Below are positions 50,623 to 62,300 of a stretch of DNA of 64,000 bases, one piece after another. Under the pieces are notes generated by a model. The model was not told the DNA's origin. It searched no databases and worked only from the letters and a program-made list of their open reading frames with translations. Each line of letters begins with the position of its first letter. The stretch's first letter is position 1. A program made the position numbers and the translations under genes. This DNA is from Lingula anatina (Eukaryota > Animalia > Brachiopoda), in NCBI GenBank assembly GCA_051362555.1, contig CM120645.1, forward strand, positions 6,200,001-6,264,000, written 5' to 3'.

Positions 50623-53600
50623 TAATAATAATAATAATTAAAACTGCACAGGTTGATGGGTAATTTGAGGGCAATGGGCTATAGAGTACATGAAAAATCA
50701 ACATCCTATCTAATACCAACTCAAAGATGGGGAAAGTGTTTTATGGCAGCCCCAAAGAAAAATCGCCTTCAGAGTGGAAATCTTGAAGCACTCATATCGG
50801 AATCAAGGTAATATTAAGTAGGTGTTAATTTTTTTAGTGCACTCCTTTAAAGCACTTTTCACGATTACTAAATAGTGAGTCACGCACTTAAAGCACTTGT
50901 GTGGCTATTAATCAAATGAAATCCAGTTGTTTCTCGCTAAATTTGAACAAAACTAATGAGCAATATTCCTAAAAATATGTTTTGTCTGTAATTCATAACA
51001 TTTTGATTAGGAAATACTAAAAGAGCCTAGATTAAGTCTGAAAGCTATTGTTTTAGTTAATTAACTGAAATGATGATATTGCATACAAATGAAAATATGG
51101 CGTAGGTGGTTCTGAAATTTTTGAGCAGTTGTCGTAAGTGATTTGTTTGCAAATTGCCAGATTTTTTTTGGAATAAAAACATAACTGGTACATAGCACAA
51201 ATCTATAGCCACTGATTCAATTGTCCATTACTATACACACAAACGACTCAACAAAAATTTGCAAGAGAAATTACACGTTATTTTTAATGTAAAATTCTTA
51301 TCCACTTTACTTCAAAAAAGACTTTGGCATTAAAAATTCTTACAGCATTCCTCTTTTAATCTCTCTTCTGAATTTAAACAATTTTAATGAATTATATATA
51401 TGCAATTTTATTGCTTTCTCCTATCAGCATTTTAAGCAACTTTTTAAAGAATTCTTTTTAGTTTCTACCAGTGGCACAGGAGCAGCGGCACCTCCCACCT
51501 TCTATCAATAAAACATCCCCGCCACCACCACGTGTAGACAGGTACTTCTTTGATCTTATTAGTCTTCAAAGCAGTTACCTGCCCACTCTAATATACACTT
51601 CAGGTTGAACAAATTGCCTATTTCAAGACATTACCTGGCCTGAAGGTAAAACACTGGTATAACTAGGAGTAATAAATGTGTGCTTGGAAATGGAGTGAAA
51701 GCCTAGGCTGTTGAACCTCTGCTGGGGATAATTAGTTGGTACAGCAGTTCTTTATATACTGGTGGAAATCTCTGGACCAAAGTGGGCTACAGTCTGATTT
51801 TAGCTATGTGCTTTACGTAATGACAGGAAATTTAACGGCGTTTAAGGCATCTGACTACTGTGTCTGCTTATGTCTGTCTGCCCGTCTGTATCTGTTTGCC
51901 TGCTTGTCTGTCTGTAACTCTAGCAACTTGTCTGTCTGATAATCTTTGAAAATGCATCCACTTCGCATCTTATCTGTGTCTGTCTTTCTGTCTTCAGTGG
52001 CCAGAGACAAATTAAAGATATTTTTTGTACATTCACCCCTGTTTCTCGGTACAGTATATTACGTTGGCTTCCACTTAAGCCTAATAACAATAGGATAAAA
52101 ACATTATTGAATTTTAATCTTTAAATACAGCAAGTTGTACTCACTCTGCCTTGGCTTCAGTCCCATCTGGATGGAACAATGTGACACAGGTGATTATACA
52201 ACCATGAGTAACTGAAATAAACAAAGACAACATTATACAACACATGAAAAAAAGATTGTGCTATCACTATAACTTTACCCTTAAGGGCCTAAAGGCTTTT
52301 TTCTTTTTAATTAAACAACAATATAAGCTTGGAGTTCCTTTACAAGGGTTAGTGTGAAGCAACATAAACAGTGATTTCTTTTGAGTTGTGAATGCGTGTT
52401 AGTTGTGACAGTGTGATAATTGTGACAGTCTGTTAACAATGACACTATAACATACATGTCACAACTACCACAGCATCCATATACCCCAGTGTTTACAAGT
52501 CTTAATAGTTCTACCTCAACGATCTAATTCTACATTAATTCTTGTCTAATCATCCATGAATTCTTATCTTGTGAACTTTTAAGTACAGTTTCATAGTAAG
52601 AGAACTTATCCCCTACCCTAGCCACACACACACACTCTCTCTCTCTCTCTCTCTCTCTCTACCTCTTCTGGAGTTTTCCATGACATCCACTCCAAACTGT
52701 ATAATATCCCCTGAACTGATCTCCCAGGGGACGCTCTCCTCTGATCCTTTACTGAGGCGTTGACTGTTGACAAAGGTGCCATTGCTGCTACGGGTGTCTT
52801 GGAGGTAAAACTGGAAAGACAAGAAAAAATTGTAGGCAAAGATACTTTTATTACTCATACTTTTATTTTCTTTTTTTTTCTTAGTACTTATATGAGGTTT
52901 CAAGACTAACTGGCCACACTTAAAATAAACTAACATTATTTTTTAAATTTTTTTATGAAAAATATTTTTATATCTACTTATTTTACTTCATTTTTTATTT
53001 TATTCCTTCAACTATTTTTATTTATTCATTCATTCTTTCATTCATTCTTTGGTAGCTATACAGGTTAAAAAACTTCACCACTTTTAACTTAAAAGCCAGA
53101 AAAATCCAAAGCTTATTTTGACTTCTTGACCAATCTTTCGTCTGTTATTATATCAACTATCATTTCTGCACAGAAACCACCACACCCAATTTTGCAATAA
53201 CAACCTCCCACAAGCAAACACTCAATCTGACCCCAAGGCTGACTGTATCCAGCAGTTGCCACCTAGAGAAGATCTTATACACTACTGCTACTGCTTTAGG
53301 CCAGTTGGATTCCAACTTCACTGATCCTAATGGAATGTCACTGGCCTTGGGCCAGAGAGCCAGCAGCTCTTCTCAACACCTTGCCAGTGTTGATGGTACC
53401 AAGAGGAACAGTCATGGCCTCTTGATTCAACAGTGCTTCTCATTAAAAAAAGTTTCTAGGAATCAATTCCCATGACAAGACAGCCCTTGACAATTCAATT
53501 TGAGCTTCTCAGAGCACATGGAAATGATAATGCTTAAAGTGAAGTGAAGCTGATCGAGCATGATCCAAAATTGATTTTTATTCCAATGCACTACATTTGT

Positions 53601-54557
53601 TCAGTCTTTTTTACACGACAAAACTGACTTATTGTTCATAGGGCAAAACTAAGTCAGGCATTCAAAATAACACCTACAGCCCAATTAGTAGGATGACTGA
53701 AAGTCAGTTCAGGTCACCACTGTCAGTGAGATGTTACTGAGAAAAGCGTGTCACAATATAATAAATACTAGCCTACTACTCTGGGTACAAAAATAAGTTA
53801 GTAAAATAAATAGCCCAATGAATAAATTACACATGAGAAAATCCTATAAAAGAGCTATTACAATGGTCCCTGATGTTATTGACTTGATTACTACCACGAA
53901 TACAGTCAATTTTACACTGTACTCTTATTTCAATATTGCACAGCGGCAATAAAATCAATTGTTGACATTGGCTCAGTAGCTGAGGGAGAAAATGTGAGTC
54001 AGCTACTTCTGCGTAAATAGCACTAACAGCAAATGAACTTTTCTCAGTATGTACTAGTATGTGTGTTCAGACATAAAATGGTTTGGTTCAAGGCCAATTT
54101 TCACTTAAGATGGGTCGACATTATTTACACGAATCCATTTCAGCAATCCGTTTCATTCTAGATGGCTAATCATGAGAAGAAAATCTGCTTGGATGGGTAA
54201 ATGATCTCCAATAAAATCAGGCTTAAAGATTGAGGCGAAGTCATCTAGATGTTAGCCAGTTTAATTCTCAGTCTGACTGCACTGCTTAGGTCCTTTTTTT
54301 AAAAAGCTGAAAACCCATTGCCCCCTTAATGCAATACAGCCCTCACACTATCTCTAATCAAATGTGTTCCTTTCAAGAACATGCTATGTATGCTATATTT
54401 AGTACTAGCAAGCACTAAAAGGACTTCTTCAGGAAGTAATAATTATATACAAGAGTATTCACACTTATTTTTTATCAACAGAAACACTATACATAAATAG
54501 AACTCTGAAGTCCATTTGTGAAATTTGTTTAAGTAGCTCAGAGATAAAATCTAGTCT

Positions 54558-54588
<31 letters not shown>

Positions 54589-56361
54589 GGGGGGATGGGG
54601 GGGAGGCTCAGTTACCAGTTGCTCTTTTTTACTACTTCTTCAAGGCAAATTAGGATTCAATCTCGTGCTCCTGAATGAAAATTGCTGAGAATTAATTTAG
54701 CAGAAACCTTAGCAAAATGCACTTGAACATCTTCGAGAGCAAATTACATTTGAATAACAGTATGTTTGCCCCACTTAACCTAAGGGTATGATCTCATGAG
54801 GTACATGAGGCTTTAAAAACAAACTGTTTGCTATATATTTCTCTGACTGTTGTACAACAAAATAACATTACCCACCTCCAGTTTCTTTTTAATGGCTACA
54901 TTGTTTACATGCAATGAAGATCAGAATGTTTAGTTCCTGCTTTGACTAGTAACAGAAATAGAAACAAGTGCTGATACGGTAATTACTCATTTAATTTGAA
55001 CAAAACTGACGAATTAAATTTTCAAAAGCAATGATTTGGAAGCAATATATGGTGAATGAATTGATTGCCTTAAAGCTGTGAAAAGCAATTTGGATATATA
55101 TCAAAAAGATGTTTCAAAGAAAAGCTTTCGAAAAATACAATCCACATGTGTAGAACAGAATGTTTGAAATTTGTAAATAAATACCGTACTCAGGGACCCC
55201 CCCCCCCCCCCCCCCCACTCAACATCTCCCATAAGCATTAGACCATTGACATCAGACATGAAAGCATCCATTGTCTGACTGTGATAAAAACTAATGTCTG
55301 CACAGATAATGGAGGACGACACCACAATATTGCCTGGATAAAAAATGTTTCTAATAACAGTTAAAACACATTCTTGGTGTTTTTTTGTTTATAAAATCAA
55401 GGAAATGTCCCAAAACGAGGGCATACTCTACTCATTCCATTGTTATTAACAGAGGGGCTGTGGAGACCTGTGGTTGTTTTACTGACACATATGGCATCTC
55501 GCATGACACACCTACTTTCAGCACACGGAACAAGACTTTGATTATAATAATATCTATATACCAAGTAAATATATTCATAAATAGTATTCATGCCTGTCAT
55601 TGGCTTTCTAAATAATAACATGTTAAGTACAGAGTAGACTTTAAAGTGTGTGTGTGTGTGTGTGTGTGTGTTTGTGTGTGCGCAATTGTTTCTATGTGTA
55701 TATGTTTTTCATACATATATGTAAGCATGCGTGCTATGGGCACTTGCATGTTAAGAGATCATGGGTGCACAATATAACTGGGTTGCTTAAGACACAAACA
55801 CACACGCACACACACAAACAAATACACACACACTCTCTCCAATAAAAAAATTGAAATGGTATGAACTCTCCTATATTATGCTGCCCAATTGTAGTAGCTT
55901 ATATGCTTTAGTACTCAGCAATAACTGCATCACATGCTATCACGTACTGCTATTATATCCACACTACTAGATGCTATGACCACAATGTCACAGCATCTCA
56001 ATGTTGAGTGCCAGCTTAGCACACAAAAAAAAATCAATGACATCTTTTGCGTTTCAATTCAATAAAATTCCATACGAGTATACTGATTTCCATGTGTTTT
56101 GTACAAGTTATTTGACTCACATCTCAATATTGACTTGCAAAACTAATATTTGACTATGAGTTGAGACACAATAGAAATTTCGTGACCAAGTGTAATTCAA
56201 TGAAAGAATAAACAGCTGATCATGGTTTAAGTTGGCTGTGGGACATAGAGAGAAAACAATTCCTAAATTGGGCTTTTATTTTGAAACCTGACACTTGTTA
56301 GCTCTGTTTACTTCATTCTGGTAGGTTAGGGTCTTTAAGTTTCTTTCTCTATTCTTCTTTG

Positions 56362-56399
<38 letters not shown>

Positions 56400-57763
56400 A
56401 TGTGTATGTGTGTGAGTGTGTGCGCATATGCATGCGTCTGTTATCCATCCCCTAGTCTCCCACAATCTCCATTCCCTCTTTATTAAAAATTTTCTTTTCT
56501 TGAAATCCCTCTATTTTCTGTGGTACATTAGACTGCTTAAATTGCTTTCTTCAAAGGTATTCCAGAAGTCTGCCTCGAATCACACCATCTTATGTCAGTA
56601 GATTCACCTTCTATACTATATGTCTGCTATACAAGTTAAGCTTTATGGTTAAAAAAAAATCCATTACAGATCCCTAAGATATGCAGGTAAATCACAGCCT
56701 AAATGAAATATTCTGCCTCAGGGCAGCAATGTACCCTATTCAGAGTTCAATGAACGCCGAGTTTTGTAATTCTAGCATTTTTCTCACACCACTGCCATTA
56801 GCACAAAGTCAATAATACTGCATGAAAACTGAGAAAAACTGTATCTACAATCCATTTATATATCTAAAGTCCATTGAAAAACTGGGACAAACCTGTATTG
56901 CTTAATAACAAGGAAATAAAAGGCAGCAATATTATGAAGTTATTCACTGCATCCATTCTGTAACAGTTAAATACAGGTCATTTATTCCATGTGTATATAT
57001 TTCAGTCATATCACCGCAGGTGTGACATACTTTGATGAGAGTAATTCATCATTCTGATAGAGGCATTATTATTTCCATTAATAAACAATATTTATAACTG
57101 CACTCAGGGATAAAGGATTTCATTAAAATCCAAAGGAGCTGGAAGTCACAGAGTACAAAAAATAATTGCAGAGTGAATATTGAAAGTTTCAGACACTGTA
57201 GACTTCACTGAGAGAGACAAAGATTTAAACTGTGTAACTCACTTATGAGATTTCTAATATGATCTTTGAACAAAAAAGCCCCCTCTCACTATTCTAGTTA
57301 TTATTTTATTTTTAATAATGTTCGCAATGTAAAAAAAAACTAATTCCAGAAGACAATAATGGTAAAAAACATAGAATGCAGGCAAATTTCTCTCTCTCGT
57401 TTTCTTTTTGTATGAGTCTACTCAGCCTTTGGCATTAAATTCTAATCAGTATACTGGCAGAGACTAAAAACAATCAGAATTACTCATTTTGCTCTGCTAC
57501 AGACAACAAATATCTCCCAAGCTGAACACAAAGACACTGGAAAGCATGTCAATAATCATGAGACAGATGGCACTGGTACTAGCAGGCTGGAAACTAATCA
57601 CCGTTTTTTTCTTCTGCTCACTGATTCATAGCACTTAATGGTGAGATGTGGCTTCAATGAGTAGAAAATATTTGTCTGGATTTTATTGGTATATTAGCAG
57701 AAACTGCATACAAAACAATTATAGAAGGAAAGGCAAATATGAGTTGGGAGTGCCTCTTTAGCC

Positions 57764-57798
<35 letters not shown>

Positions 57799-59264
57799 TC
57801 CCCAGTCTTGTTGAATCCATCAATTTTTCCTTCCTTTCTCTTTATGTGGGCAAGCAATATATTTCCTATCAGTGCCACCCAGACTAGCTTCACTGAAGAT
57901 AGTTTGAAGTAAGTTATAATCAATAGGGCACTGGGTTATCCCTACTGCCTTTTCTATAGCAATGTTTGTGATTTCGTTATCTTCCAAGCAAGATACATGA
58001 GCCTCATCAGTGGTTAAAATGGGATTTTTTTTCACTAGCCCCGATTTGACCAGATATTCAGAAATTACAACTACCGTAATTACTCGAAAGTTTCATATGC
58101 CTAACAGGCCCTAAGTCATTCTAATAATTCATTTTTCCTTCCATATTTATCATGTTTTGATACTCATGAAAAAGCCTCTTTTGGACATGGACCAAACACT
58201 TTTCTCAGAATTTTGTCAAATGTATTCTGACAATATAATACTTCATACACAAATTAATTGCAGTATTTACACAGGAGCCGGAAATTCATATATGAGGCAA
58301 CAATCACTATTATACACTTTTTGCACTGGATTTCATGGTCAACTAGAAAAGCAAGCCGAGAGTGCAGACCTCTGCCAAGGCAGCAATTCCAATTCCATTT
58401 CACCCCTAAATTTTCATTCTATAATGATGTAGTTTTTTGATTTTTGATTGATTATTGATCCGGATCACCACCAAAAACTAATCATCTGTTCCTTGGCCCA
58501 CTTCTGACATTTCCTGAAAATTTCATCAAAATCGGTCCAAAACTTATTGAGTTATGTTGATGACAGGCAGACAAACAAACAAACAGGGGTGAAAACATAA
58601 CCTCCTTGGCGGAGGTAATTAAAAAATTCACATACATCTGTACTTAATATGAGACTATGACCCTTTCTGATGTCAATGCACTACATTTTTTTTCCCTCTA
58701 TCTCATAGTTTAGTTATCTCTCTCCTCTACAAATGCCATTCTAAATGTACCTGTATTTCCACCCAAAATCACCCGGAGCACTCTTACACCTGACGTAAAC
58801 ATTCTATTTTAACAACAAGACCTGCAAACACATGTATGGAACAATCCGTCATGCCAGTAACTAGTAAAGAGCATTAAACAGAACCTAAAGAAAGCATTGG
58901 ACATGGTACCAAAACTTCGTTTTAAGGGGGGAAAATGATAAAACCTACAGATAAAGAAGACAGGACTTGCCAAAAATAAACATCAACTTTTTTTTCATAC
59001 CATGAAATTAAGATACCAGGTATTCACAGTTCATCTTTTTAAAAGCAATTGGAGTCCAGCAGAGATGAGAATGCAACTGTTTTGCGTAAGCAGTGGGCTC
59101 GGCTTCTGTATTTAGTTACTGTGCTGCAATATTACTGAGCTTAAACTTGTAAATTCCATAATAATGTATCAGAGAAATTGTGAATTATGGTGCTGCTTAG
59201 GAAAATAAACATGACTGAATCTAACACTTGGAATTGGAAGAGGGAATGGAGAGGAGGGGTAGAG

Positions 59265-59305
<41 letters not shown>

Positions 59306-62300
59306 TATATACTGTTTCTGTTGTTACTATAGTAATTACTTGATCTTTTCAATGGGCAAAAATCCTCAATCTTTCAAATGCATAAATTTATAATAGCAAA
59401 AATTGTATTTTTTCACAGTATTTGTTGTGTGTTATCTGCATAGAATAGAACTAAAGAGTAGCTTGCTTTTTAATTTTGTTGCTACCACTCAACAGGAATG
59501 TTCTAATTCTATGAAATTATGACTTCAAAATACAGTATCTGTAAAATTCACAATTTTCCCTTACTGAAAAGATCTAGTAATTACCTTATGTTCACAGATC
59601 AAAAGACGTAAGGGTTAAGGGCATGAACTCTAACAGATTTCCACAAAGTCAGTCATTCAAACATCTACCGACTTTCCAACTAAGGCAGGTCAATACTGCT
59701 TCACAATCCAATATGGGAGATCAATAAAAGCAGCCACTAAAATGCAACCAACCCCATTTTTAAATCCCACGCTCAATTTATATGGAAGAGAAAACTTAAG
59801 AATGATTGGGCGAAAAGGGATTTATCTGGAGAAAAAGATAATATTCATGTAACATGCCTGTAATATTCAATTTGGTAGATACATGTAGAAAGATTACAGT
59901 CTCAGAAGGCTCATTCATCTGCACCTCCCCTTCTTGTAGGTTAGAACTAAGTTAAGTGGTCACAACTGGACTTAAAATATTTCTAAGCACTGCAGTGTTG
60001 GCTAAAATTTAAACCATGAAACAAAACCACACTGTCGTCTAGACTTGATTATGAACAAGTATCCTGAGTTTGAGTATGTTCTGATGATGACTACTTCTTT
60101 ATAGAGGAAAGGTGCTGTGTTACCACTCTAGTCACCAATTAAATCTGACAGGAACTGGGGGTGAGAGCATACACACCCTGGGTTGGCACATTTTAGTGCC
60201 GATTTCCCTAGGACCAGGATACAGAGCTGTATTATCATTTTAGTTGCTCAACTCAGGGTAGAACAGCACTGTGATTTATTTTTACTGCCACAAATACTGA
60301 GCTTCTTTTACATCACAAAATTTCAAATGACTGTTGTTTTTAAACACTGAGTCAAAATAATTATTTATTGTCAACCATGTTAAATCTGCAGTATCCAGTC
60401 CACAAAATATGTACACATAGCTAAAAGCACCTGACAGCCAAGTATTTTTATCATTTAGGGGACCAAATATCCTTATGTAAGAGAACTACTAACAGAAGGC
60501 TAACACTCAAAGATGTAAATACACATACGTCACAGCTATACTACAAAGAGTCAAACGTCAAAACAACCTATCAACTGCTGCAACTTTGGTGACATGGAAA
60601 AAAGATTGCAGTCTGTCACAAGAAGCAGCTGGTTTTTAAGCAATAGAGACCGTTCTTGCATAGCTTTCTTTTTTGTCATTATACACTACTGTGAAATGCC
60701 CAAGATGTTGCATTTAATGGAAATGCGTGCAGAATTCAAGGTGCAATATCTTTTCTTATCTGGCAAATACCATGCCTGACCCACTTACCCAGTTCATCTG
60801 CAGTCTGCATGAATTTTCTTATAAATCCAAACTTAACTTTAACATCCCTCTTCTTTCCAGTTTCTTTAAATCATTTACCAACTCTACAATGTTAAAGACT
60901 GACCACAAAAGACAAATATGTGCAGATTTCAGCAATGTCCTTTATCTTTACTGATCTCATCACTGTCATTTTTTTTGGAAATAACTGAATTTTCATGAGG
61001 TAGATGTGACAACAACTGCCTCTACACACACACACACACACACACACACTAATTATTTTAGTAAAACATGGCCAAAGCCATTTGTAGGTTAGTGATAAAA
61101 CATCAGAAGTCAAATACAACAGATATGATTTATCCCATTCATTTTATCAATAACTGAGGACAGTTGCTGGTCACAGGTGCTTCTGTATTTCAATGTAGTA
61201 CTACAACTGGGCTCTTATCTGATTACTGATTAATAGTAATTGAGGTAAAATTGGTACTCAGATATGGTATCATTGTGAACTCAGTAAAGATATTTGGAGA
61301 TCAAGGGTCTCTTGAACAAGTGTTTTTTTTTTTTTTTTTATGAGCTTGTCACCTTTTTTGCAATGGAAATCAGATATAACTTTGTCATTGTTCCTTGTTC
61401 ATTATCTATTAAATCTTGTTCACTTCAGATTTGATTAAAATCACTTAGCCCTAATTAAACAAACATCCACTTCAATTACAAACCCCTAACGTAATCAGTC
61501 TGCATATCTTCCCACAATTCATTGATCATTCAACTTAAAGATTACAGGATTATACAGTGGAAGGTTGTAATCCAGCAACCTGCCTCTTCTACTTATAAAA
61601 AGCTCATAAAAAATAAATGAAAAATTAATATGCAGATTATATCAGTAAACATATATTAATTGACAGGTATAACAGGCAATGGCAACTGTTGCCCTAGTTC
61701 TGTTACAACCTTATATCAATTTATATAATGTTCTAGGAACCATTATCATGTAATAAAGCTGATGTATCATGTAATACTATTGTTAAATGGCATCTATCAC
61801 ACAACTCGTGTTAACAGCAGTAATTTTTCAAGGTGGCATTAGCTCGTATTTAAAGTAATATCAATTATGCTGGCATTAAAATTTATAAAGGCAAACATAC
61901 AGTTGTCATAAATTCAATGATTTTGCAGTCATGGAGATGATAACTATATCCAATTTGTGACTGAGCTGACATATAGGCATTCATTAGATATCATATTGCC
62001 AATGACAACTGAGCACTTATATGAGCAGTTTTTTACCATTTCTAGCACAAATGAATAAAACATCTGCCAATGAAAATGTTCAGTAGTCTTCACTCTATAT
62101 CATATATGACTGCCATAATGCCATTTTATTGCTTTCAAGTGCTTGTTCAAAACAACTAATCATTGGCCCAATGCATCTAGACCAAATGTTTTGAACTATG
62201 TCAAGTGGGTCTTATTGAGAAAATATTTTATGAAGGATGCTGTACTGTATTTCCATTAAAGAAGGGGGAAATGCCTAAATGTGCCATTAGCATTAGACAA

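Noticed and set aside
51635-51810. Exon-like segment ending in CAG|GTAATG between SLMAP exons 3 and 4
   Set aside because: I found no acceptor giving an open phase 2-2 exon, and exons 3 and 4 already join in frame. A poison exon cannot be excluded.
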